The notes under the pieces: generated by a model
What the model saw: the letters and a program-made list of their open reading frames with translations, nothing else
What the model was told of the DNA's origin: nothing
Databases searched by the model: none
Part shown: positions 47,587 through 59,600 of the stretch, one piece after another
How the letters are laid out: the number at the start of each line of letters is the position of its first letter
Numbering within the stretch: position 1 is the first letter of the stretch
Position numbers and translations under genes: made by a program
NCBI GenBank assembly: GCA_021815785.1
Contig: JAKAZS010000002.1
Coordinates: forward strand, 248 to 64,247
Reading direction: 5' to 3'
DNA length: 64,000 bases
Source: a bacterium
Lineage (GTDB): Bacteria; Cyanobacteriota; Vampirovibrionia; Obscuribacterales; JAKAZS01

Positions 47587-47651
47587 TTACCTCTAAATGC
47601 CAGCGGAAACCTAAAAACAAGGCTTAATTCTTGCCTTCTTAATCCCAAACA

Positions 47652-47682
47652 AACTTCTTTCGCCAAAGAAGTTAGCTTTTTT
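47652..47682 (+). terminator. Terminator-like hairpin in the 5' leader (9-bp stem, 4-nt loop, then AGC + T6)
   Basis: aacttcttt-cgcc-aaagaagtt at 47652-47673, followed by agctttttt (T-run 47677-47682). It sits 4 nt before the GGAG (47686-47689) and 18 nt before the ATG at 47700. Confidence 0.35.
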
Positions 47683-47699
47683 GATGGAGAAAATTTAAT

Positions 47700-50600
47700 A
47701 TGTTTATAAATGCTGTCAATACTTTCAGTAAACTAATATTTACAGCTAAAACCAGGCCAAGACTTATTAGCCATCAAAAAGTTTTGAATATTATTATGAC
47801 ATTCACATTTGGGCTTACTGCGCTATTAATGCCACAGTCAGCCTTAGCTCAAAGTGTTAATGCTAACGCCATTACCCATGCAACGTATCAGCATCAACTG
47901 GCTAATGAAGCAACTCTTGTGCAATCTGCCAGTCAGACGCATATAACAAACGATCTAAACGCGATTTTACACAATGTGGTCAATAACAGCCTGGATTTAT
48001 CCTCAATCATTCACGATATATCAGCTTATTCAATAACAGGTTTTCACAATGTATCCATAACCCAGGGTGGACTTCATGATATTATAACCAATAACGCTGT
48101 TTTAACTCCGGCTGAGACTGTTGCTGTTATGCAGGTATTAAATCATAACAGTCAAAATTTAATTTTAAATACTAATGGCCAGGCCATTGGCGGTTACTTT
48201 AATCTAAGTACAGCTAACAGCAATTTAGGCGGATCAGTTTTAATTCCTAATAATGTAACAGCCATTGATAAAGCTAACAGTTTAAGTATTAATGGCGACT
48301 TAGCCAATTATGGAAACATCTATATAATCGGTAATGAAAAATCAGCGCTAATCGAAACGGCTGGAATTTACAACGCTCAATCCGGGTTAATTACGTCTAA
48401 TAATTTAAACTTAAATTTGGGTTCAGCAACTGGTTTTGTCCATGACACCAATGTTAATTTATTAAGTAATTCTAATTTTATTAACCAAGGTAATATTTCC
48501 AGTTCCGGTAATTTAAATATCCAGGCTCAAGGCGATATGATTAATAGCAATATTGTAACGAATACAACCAACGCTAATCTAACTGCCAATGACAATTTAA
48601 GCCTGGCAACAGGATCTGGCTATTTATATAATGACGGCATTATTAATGCAATTACGGGCAATATAAATATAAGTTCATCAGCTGATTTAAATTTAACTAA
48701 TATAAATGGAACCATTGGAGCTAATAATGGTTCCATTTATATTAATGACAGTAGTTTAAATAATATCAACAATATTTACTTAAATTTTGGCAATTATGCG
48801 GCTAGTGACATAAATATAAATGCGGTTAACAGTAACGTTTATGCTAATTATGTTAATTTAAATGGCGTCTTAAATATTAACGCCAATCAGTCCCATATAA
48901 TGGCTAATTCTAACAATTTATTAATTGGTAATCAAAATATCAATGGTGATCCTACCTATTTTAACCAAGGTAATATAACTATTACAGGAGCTATTGCAAC
49001 TAGTGGAAACCCCTTGGCCATTATTGCTAGCGGTAATATTTCAAGCAACAGTGGATCTTCAATAAGTACAGCATCATCAACAGGCAATGGTGGTAATATT
49101 TTACTAGTGGCTGGGGCTAATTTTATTCCAACTACTGGTGGGACAAGTGGTAGTACAAGTGGAACTGGAGATACCACGACTACGATCACTATTCAAGGTG
49201 GAAGTAATAGCGGTGGGGTAATTGATTTAAATGGTGGTAATGGAGGCTCTGGAGCCTTAACCGCTTTGACAACAGTTAGTACCAGTACAACAGCTGGCAG
49301 CCAAAGTGGTGGCAATATTGAAATGATTGCATTTGGTGGCAACAATCCCTTTGCAACTGTTACCGGCAGTGCAAGTCTACCAGGAACGGTAAACTTGCCT
49401 AATAGCATAACCATTGAAGCTGGTGGGGCTGGTTCTGGAAGTAATGGAAATTTAACTATTATGGCCGGAGCCTACGGTGGCACCTCGATCAATGGAACCA
49501 GCACCAATTTTACTTCAACTGGAGGTACTGGCGGTAATGGCTCAATCAATTTATATACGCAAGCTCCTGTCTTGAGTAGCAATAATTTTATTTCAGTATT
49601 AAATGGCGCTGTAACTGCTGGCAGTTTTATACCAGGACTAACTAATAATGCCTCAATTAGTTTTGGCAATATTACCACTTCGACTACCAGCGATGTTATA
49701 ATGGCTGGAAACAATGTAACTGTTGGTACAATCAGTAATTTAAATACGGTCAGTTCAAATTCAGACAGTGTTACAATTAATGCGGCTAATGGAACGTTAA
49801 CTCTTACCGGCAATGGGTCAGGATCAGTGGCCGTTGATGTTTCTGGAGCAGCATCAGTTAGTAGCGCTGGAGCAATGACTTTATCGGCACAAAAGATTGT
49901 CATGAATGCTTCTTCAACTGGCGTCATTATTTTGAACGCTAACGGTAATGGCAATAATCAAGCAGCGGGTTCGATAACGCTTAATCTATATGGCAATAAT
50001 CCTGTAAATATTGGGACTAGTAGTGGTGATTTAAGCTTAAGTGCAACTGGTTCAGCACTTGGTACTAGTTCATTTTACGATGGCGTAATTAGTATCAATG
50101 CTTATAATAGTATAAATGTCACCTCATCATCAGCTTTAAGCGTTGGAGCAAGCACTGGCGCTAGTAATTCAGCCGGTGGCAGTGTAAGCATAAATGCTGG
50201 CGTCAATAACCCTGGATTTGGTAATGTATTTATTAGCGGAGGCTTAAGTGTTAATGGCTTAAATTCTGGTCAAGGCGGCTTAGTTAATCTAAGTGAAAAT
50301 TCAAGTACAGCGTTTGTTATTGGTAGTAGCGCTACCAATAATGGCATAACCGGACTTTTAAGTGCTAATAGTGGTTTAACTACCGGCACTAATGCCGGTT
50401 CAATAAGTGTTATTAACAATGGCAGTGGGGGAATTAATTTATCTAGCTTAGCTAATATTAGCCTTACCACTTTTAATAATGGCGGCAGTTTAACTTTAAA
50501 TGCTAATGGCGGTGATTTAACACTACCGGCTGGAACGATAAATGTTGATGGAGTTGGAAGTAATAGTAATGGTGGCAATTTAGCCTTAATTGGCCAGAAT

Positions 50601-53600
50601 ATTAATTATGGTACAACTGCTGGGCTCAGTCTAACGGCTAACGCTACTGGCACAGGTAATGGTGGGAATATAACCGTAGATTCTTTAGCTTCTAACAGTA
50701 CTTTAAACATTGGACCCAGTGTTAACGATATTACGCTATCAGCCACGGGCGGTAGTTCTAGTTCGGCTTCGGGTAACGGCGGCAGTATCAATATTGGCAC
50801 AGCTGGAATATTAAATATTGCTAATGGATCAGTCAGTCTTGGTCCACTTGGGACAAATGGTAATGGTGGCAATTTAACTATTAATCAAACCGATTATTCA
50901 ATTGCTAACAATTTAACTATGACCGGAACTCTTAATCTTAATGGAATTGGTACCGGTAATGGCGGTAACTTTACCCTGTTAACTTCAAGTACCGAAACCG
51001 TAACCCTGCCTGGCACAATTAGCGCAAACGCAGGACTTACTGGAATAAATGCGGGAATTATAAATATTACCGATAATGGTTATGGTGGCAGTATTAATTT
51101 CAGCTCAGCATTAGCAATTTCAGCCAATGCCGTTGCCGGTGGTGGTGCTAGTAATGGTTTTAATAATTTAAACAACATATCGGTTATTGCTCCAAATACC
51201 ATTGTTAATTTCAATGGTGGAAGTATAAACTCTAATACATCAATTGGTGGTGGTTCAATAAATCTAAGTGCTGATAATATAATTAATTCTGGTTCAGCCA
51301 TTACTTTAAGCGCCAATTCCACAAATGGTAATGGTGGATATATTACAATGGCTACCACTAGTGGATTAGGGAATATAACTGTTGGCAGTGCTACTGGTAA
51401 TTTTCAGTTTAACGCAACCGGTGGAGGAACAACATCCGGTAGTGGTGGAACAGTATCTATTGATGCTGGGGGGAATTTAAATGTAGATGCTAATTATTTA
51501 AATGTCATTCCATCAGCTACTGCTACAGCTGGCAATGGTGGAAATATTACGCTAGCTACCGGAATTGCCAATAGTATTTCTGGCGGATCGCTTACAATTA
51601 CTGACAGTGCTACATCCGGAACAATTGGCTTAAATGCTAACGCAACTGGTACCGGTAATGGTGGAAGTATAAACATTACCGTTAATGACGCCCAAAATTA
51701 TATTAATAGCAACTTTGATAAACTGTTTACCCTAAATGTTAATACTAATATTTACGCCAATGGCGGAAGCTTGGGTGGCAATGGGGGCACTATCAACATT
51801 AACAATACTTACGATAGCAGTATCAACTTTGCTAATTCAGTTACCGTTAATGCCAATTCTCCTAATGGTAATGGTGGAGCAATTAATATTCAGTCAAGTC
51901 AATTCTCGCCACAAAACGCCGGTTCATTAGTCTTTGCCGGATCCAACACCCTAAGCGCTACTGGCGGCAGTAATGCTTTTACCAGTGGTGGGCAAATTAA
52001 TCTAGTAGCCAGCAACATAGTTAATAATGATTTAGTTAATCCATTAAATTTAAACGTTAGTGTAACAGGAAACTCGGCAACCGGTGGCAGTATTAATTTA
52101 AATACCTATGGTTCGCTTACAGTGGGCTCAAGTGGTGGTGATATTGCAATTAATGCCAGTACTGGTAATGTAAATGATACAGCCGGAACTGAAACCAGAC
52201 CCAATATTACGCTTACGGTTAATAATAATTTAGATCTTACGAGTGCTACATCAGCCTTTAATATTGCTGGCCTTGGAAATAATGTAAGCGGTGGTAACGT
52301 ATCTTTAACTCAAAACAATTCATCTAATGGACTGTTGTCCATAAATCAGGCTATTAATCTTAATAGTGCTGGCTCTGGTTATAGCCCAGGTAATATATCG
52401 TTATATGCCAATAATTTAATGACTATTAATAGTAACCTATCCGCTAGCTCACCAGCAAACACTACTAGCACTGTCGCTGGATCAATTACCATTAAAGACA
52501 ATAGTACAGCAAATTTAAATCTACAAAACGGTCTCATTTTTGATGTAAGTAATTTAAATTCTACTTCACAAGGTTCAGCTGGCAGTATTACTCTAACGGC
52601 CAATAACATAACTTATACCGGAACAAGTACCGCACCAGCCTTAAGCTTAAATGCTAACAGTGTAATTGGTTACGGTGGACAAATCTATTTAAATTCAAAT
52701 CAAGGTAATATTGCTATTGGCACCGGCAGTAATGACATAACCGCAAATATTTCCGGGTCTAATAATGCCCAAAATGGATCTTTATACCTAAACGCCTCTC
52801 AAGAAACCGTTAATATTGATCCTGCCGGCATTATTTCTAACCCTAACAGCAATTCTGGCGGTGTGGCCATTACCCTAAGTGGTTCAGGAAACACTTTAAA
52901 TATTGCCAGTTCAACTAATACTCCTTTAGCTGTGTCGGGAAATTACGGCTTTATCAGCCTTAACGTTACCGGTCAAATTAATATAGATGCCCCTTTAACC
53001 GCTAATAGTGCTTCAGGCAATGGTTCTAGCTCTATCACAATTAATGACCAACTGTCAGCTAATGCTTTATCTGGAATAAATTTTGGTGCCAATGCTAGCC
53101 TGCAAGCCACATCTACAACTTATGCCGGAACAATAAGTGTCAGCGCTCCCACAATCAATATATTGTCAGCACCTTTAATCATGAATGTAAACACAACAGG
53201 TAGTGGTTATGCTGGTGGAACCATTAAAATCAGTACATCTCAAGCTAATAGTAATTTAACCATTGGCAGTAGTACTGGTGATATTGAAATTAAGGCGCAA
53301 ACCGGATCTTCTACTGATAATTCACTAGAATTAGCTTCAACGGTTAATGTAACTGCTGGGGGTAATTTAACCGTCAATTCAAACTCTTTACTAGCTAATG
53401 GATTAGGCTCAAATGCCAATGGTGCAAATATAATTTTAGCTTCAGGTCACGTTTATCGTGGTGTTAGTGGATATCTTAGTTTACCTGGCAACATGAATAT
53501 TGGTAATACTTTGATTAATGGCGTTCTAAATGTAAGTGGCATTGGTTCAGGGAATGGGGGCAGTCTAAGTATTTATTCAGATTCAACGTCTGCGTTTACG

Positions 53601-56600
53601 ATTGGAACAAGTACCGGGATCAGTAATGGAGTAACTAACACGATAACAGCCAATTCAGGAAACACCAGTACCAGTGGCGGTAGTATTTATATCGCTAACT
53701 ATGGCAATGGTGGAATTACTGATAATAATTTAAGTGATATTGCTGTTGCCACAACTACTAACTCATCAGGAAGTATAAGTCTTAATGCCTTTATGGGTAA
53801 TTTAAATATGGTAACAACATCTACTAATGCTACACTAGCTTCTTCAAGTGGATCTAGCTCTAATGGTGGGGCAATAACTTTAATTGGCAATAATATTAAT
53901 GTGACCGGGTCCAATCCCTTAATTATAAGTTCGCAAGCTTTAGGTAATGGTGCTACTGGAGCCACAATAAAATTAGGAACAATAACGCCATCGGCCAATA
54001 TTACGATTGGTAATACAACTGGAACAACTAATGATATGGAAATTAATGCCAGTGTTGGTAATTCCGGTGATGTATCTACCGAAACCGGAGCCAATGTAAC
54101 TATTTCAGCTAGCGGCAATTTAACCATTAATCCCACCTATTTAAATACCCAAACAGTAGGTACCTTTGCTAATGGTTCTACGTTAAATCTTACGGCTGGA
54201 GCCAGTGAAAATACGGGCAATTTATTAATTAATGGCAATTTAAGTGTTAATAGCGGTAGCAGCACTGGTAATGGTGGAACGCTTAATTTAACGTCCAATA
54301 GCCTAATTCCTTTCGAAGTATCGCCATCATCTATCAGTACTAATGCGGTTATCGGCACCTTATCAGCTACCGGAATTGGTACAGGCGGAACGATATCAAT
54401 AACTAATAATGGGGGTAATATTTCCATTCCAGCTCTAACCAATCTTAGCTTAAGTCCAGGGAGCAATTTAAATCTTGCTGCTGCTGATAACATTATAAGT
54501 ATAGCTAGTGGGATTTTAAATCTATCTGGAACAGCCTCAAGTATTAATGGTGGCAATGTTAATATTTATGCTGGTACAATAGCTGTTACAGGATCTTCAG
54601 CTTTAACAATAAATACCACTGGTTATAATTCGGCTGGAACTAGTACTGGTGGTAATGTAGTCATTAATTTAACTAACACATTAAGTGGTTTAACCATCGG
54701 TAATAATGCGGGAAATGTGAGTATTAATACTACCGGTATTGATGCTGGAAATATAACCTTAACTACCGGCGGTAATTTAAATATAGATCAAGCTTATTTA
54801 CTAGCTTCAACTACAGCTACAGGAGTCTTTAATGGTAATGCTGGTAATATAGCTATTACGGCTGGAACTAATGGCAGTGGCAATTTAACCATCGCAGATG
54901 CCGGTAATCAGGCTATTAATCTAGCCGGTAATGCTGGTGGCAATGGCGGTAATTTTAGCGTAACGGCTCCAGGACTAATAACTTTACCAAGTAGCATTAC
55001 AGTATCCAGCGGGACAACGAGTGGCAATACTGGTCAGTTAGAAGTAATTGGCGGAAATGGTATTGCTTTTCCCTCAACAACTGCTATAACTTTATCAGCT
55101 AATGGTAGTTATCCTTTAAGTGGAAATACCAATATAATTATACTTTATGCAGGATCTGGCAATTTAAATCTAGACAATGGTGGAACTATATCGGCTCAGA
55201 ATTTAACAGCCAACGGGTTTAATATTTCGCCTAATTTATTTAATGTAAGTATTATTGCCCAGAACATTATTAATCCTAATAAATTATTAATCATTGATAC
55301 CAATGGAACAAGTACAGCTGTGGGCGCAAATGTAAACCTCGAATCACTTGCGTCAGGAGCTAATTTAATCATAGGCTCCGGTAATGGTGATATTGCCATT
55401 AATAACAGTGGCGCCAATAATAGTACCTCTTATTCTTCAATAACCAATATAATTTCGGCCGGCAGCTTAACGGTAAATACCACTAATTTAAATACAGTTA
55501 CAATTGACGCAACAGTTGGCTCAGCCTTTAGTAATGGAGCTAGCGTTACCTTAACCAGTGGAACTTTAAATAGCGGAAGTGGTATGATCATAAACGGTAA
55601 TTTAAATGTTAACGGTTTAAGCACAGGTAATGGTGGTATCATCAGCATTGCCAATTATAGTAATGCTGATATAAATATTAACGGGAATTTGTCAGCCAAT
55701 GCTAATTATGGTTCTGGAGTGGGACCAGGTGGTAATGGCGGCAGTATTACAGTTACCAATTATGGCAATGGCAATGTAAATTTCACGAATACAACATCAC
55801 AAGCTATAAATGCCGATTCTCCTTATGGTAATGCTGGGAACATAAACATTACAGCAAAACAAGGAAATGTAACTTTTGCTGCAAATACGCTAATTTCAGC
55901 TAATACTGGCAATTATAGTGATAAAGGCGTTCAAACCGGAAATGGCGGAAACATAACTATAGCTGGTAATGATTTAACCACCGCAAATGGCAATCTAGCT
56001 TTAGTTGCCAATGCAAATTCTGGCCAGGCAGGTTCAATCAGCATAAATACCTATGCTTCAACCAGTAATCTTACTGTTGGAAATGCATCGGGGAACATAG
56101 AGATTTCAGCTAACGGTGGAACAAATAATGCATATGGTGGCAGCAGTGAAACGGTTTCGGCTGGGGGAAATTTAACAGTTAATCCAGCTCAATTAATGCT
56201 TAGCAACTATAATAGTTTAAACTCCTCAGGTAGTGGTTTAAATGTAACTTTAGCCAGTGGTAATAACGGTATTAACCCTGGCAATTTATTAATCAATGGT
56301 TCATTAAATTTAAATAGTATTTCTGGTTCTGGAGATTCACTTACTTTAACCTCAAATAGCACAACAGCCTTTACTATTGGCGGAACCGGTTTAACCACCA
56401 ATGAAATTAGTGGATCAATTAATCTAGGCTATTTTGGCAGTTCTACTGGAGCTGCTGGCAGCTTAACAGTCAATAACTTTGGTACTGGTGGTATTACCTT
56501 AGCCAGCTTAAATAATTTAAACTTCACAAGCTCCAATCAGGCTGGCAGTTTAACATTGAATGCCTCTAATGGAAATATAACTTTGCCTGGTGGCAACTTA

Positions 56601-59600
56601 AATTTAACGGGCAATAATATAATTATTTCAGGATCAACTAATTCCGGAACTGGTGGCAGCGTTTCGTTGACTGGGCAAGCAATAAATGTAACAGGATCAA
56701 CAGCTTTAACTTTAAATGTTAGTAATTCAGGCAATAACAGTCAGGTCTATTACACATCAAACATAAATATAAACATTGATGGTTATGGGAATTCTTTAAC
56801 TATTGGCAATGCAGCCAATGATATTGCCATAATCGCCAATACTGGATCGAGTTACCAAACGCTACTTAATCCAAATTTAACGACTTCAGCCAATACATCA
56901 TCCGTAAATATTAACTTATTTGACTATTATGGCAATTTAAGCTTAAACGGCAATGGTTTAAGCAACACAATCGATTCCTTGAGCCAAGCTGTTAACACTA
57001 CCTATACTGACTTAAATGTTAATTATAACAACCAAAGCTCAGCGACAACAGCTAACAGCTATTTAGGCGGTAATTTAACTATTTCTGGACCAATTATAAC
57101 TTATGGTGGCAATATAAATATTAATGCCTACACTGATACTAGTGTCAATTCTTCTCCATTAACTATCACTGGCTTATTACAGGCAAATGGTTATGAATCA
57201 GCGCAAATTAACATTAATAACTATGGCAATTCTGGCATAACGCTTAACAGTGCTACCATTAATGACACAAGTTATAAATATTCAAATCCCCTAATAAACA
57301 TTAATGCCAATTATACAGACTCATCATCAGCCATTACTTTCAATAATTCAATTTTAAATGTAAACTCATACTCTGGCGTTGGCTACGAACCAAGTTTTAA
57401 TAACGGTAATGAAGTAAGCCTAGCGGCTGGCAACATTATTATAACTAATGGGGCTAATTCTTCAATATTAGCTAATGGTCTTGGCGTTGAACCAGGTCAA
57501 AGCATATCTATCGTAACTCAATCCGGCAATTTAAATATTGGCACAGGTAATGGACAGCTGTCTTTATCAGCTACAGGTGGATCAGTTAATAGTATTTTCT
57601 CCAATGGTGGTTCAATTAGCATTCAGGATCTAACCGGAAATATCACTTTAGCTCCCAGTGGCATTACGGCAAGTAGTCTAGCGCAAAATGGCAATGGTGC
57701 CGCCTATAATCTTCAGGCCGGCGTAAATACCAAAAGCAATAACAATTATCAAGGTCTTCAGGCTAACTTAATAATTTCAGGATCTCTAAGCGCTAATGGT
57801 AATGGTATTGGTAATGGTGGTTCTATAAAATTAGATTCAACCTCAACAAATTCATTTACCACCGGCTTAACAGCTACCCCAATCAATGGGATTGAAGGAA
57901 GTATATCTGTTAATGCCGGACTTAATGGCGGAAATGCCGGTAGTATTGTCATTAATAATTATGGCAGTGGTGGTATAACCATTACCAATACTACTGATTT
58001 AATAGCTTCAGCAGCTTTAGGAAATCAAGGCAGTATTACCTTAACGGCTAATTACAATTACTATAGTGCTGCAGTTACCTTTGTCAACTCTGGCACAATT
58101 AATTTGAGCGCACCATCAGGCAGTAATGGTAATGGCGGTAATTTAACCATAAATGCTAACAGTATTAACTTAAACAGTCCTGGTTTAACGGTGAACTTAA
58201 ATGGTAATGGCAGTGGTAGTGGCGGTAGCTTTACATTCTTCTCTAGCGGTGGTTTGTTTAACAATGGGTTATTGACCGTGAATGCTAACGGCGGGGTAAC
58301 TGGCGATGGTGGTGATATTTACATATACCAAAACGGTCAAAATTACGAAAATTTAATCGTTGGTTCAGCCAGTGGCGATATTAATATCAGTGCTAACGGT
58401 GGATCAACATCGGGTAATGCTGGTAGCGTAAATTTATATAATAATTTAACCTACTCTAGCCCAGCTCAATCAATAGCTATAAATCCCAGTAATTTAAGTT
58501 TAACAGCAATATCTGGCAATGGTGGCTCGTTATCCATAAATGCTAGCAATATTCTGATTACAGGTGGCTTAAACTTAAATGGCGCTGGCACGGGTAATGG
58601 TGGCAATCTAACTATAACTCAAACCAGCAACACTTCATTCTCGGTTGATGGTGGAGCTGGAATTGCTAACGGGATTCAAGGTAATGTAACGGCTAATGGA
58701 GGTAGTACCAGTGGTAATGCAGGTATTATTACCTTTAATTTAAGTAATTCAGCTGGATTAAACCTTGCTTCAGCTACAGCTATCCAGGCCAGTTCAAGCA
58801 ATGGTAATGGTGGAAACATCTCCTTAACTAATGTTAATGGTACTATAACTATTCCAACTGGAACTATTAACTTAAATGGTACAGGCTCATCTGGTAACGG
58901 TGGATATTTATATATAAGCAGTGCTGATCTGAACGTTACTGGACCCAGTGGGACTTTAAACGTTAATGCTAATGGTGCTGGTAATGGCAATGGTGGTAAT
59001 GTGGTAATTAATCTTACCGATCCGTTAAATAGCTCACTAACTGTTGGCTCAAACAACGATAATTTAGCCATTTCAGCAAATGGAGGCAGTTCAGGTAATA
59101 ACAAAGTTAATGCTGGCTCTGTATCGCTTACAGCAACTAATATAACAGTAGCAATGTCATCATTAAGCCTAGCAACACTTTCAACAAATGGCAATGGTGG
59201 TAGCTTAACTTTAAGCAATACCATATCCAATATTGGAGCGATAAATTTAACCGGTAATATCAACCTAGCAGGTACTGGCAATGGCAATGGTGGTAATTTC
59301 ACCATAGATGACAGTAGCACGTCAGCTTTTAATGCGCCAACGAAAATCAACGTGGATTCAGGACTAGCTGGTGGCAAGGGTGGAGTTATTAGCCTGAACC
59401 AATATGGCTCTGGTGGTATTAATTTTGCTTCAGCTGTAAATATTACGGCCGATTCAATTAATGCAAATGCTGGTAACATAACCATTAATTCAATTGAATC
59501 TAATGGATTTGCCCAAACTATCGTTTACAGCCCCATAACTTTTACCGGTGGTGGAACAATTTCAGCCAGTGCTACCTTAGGTAGCAGTATTAGTGGTAAT

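Noticed and set aside
47850-49100. A possible two-partner-secretion (TPS) domain or FhaB-type N-terminus in the giant protein.
   Set aside because: I could not find the NPNL / NPNGI-type boxes or a 'hemagglutination activity domain'-like sequence in my hand translation, and no TpsB gene is nearby. I left it as unassigned rather than calling it FhaB.
51736-51930. A + strand 64 aa ORF inside the giant-gene region.
   Set aside because: It is in a different frame (start position mod 3 = 1) from the 16.3-kb ORF and completely nested within it. It has a hydrophobic low-complexity product and is an out-of-frame artefact.
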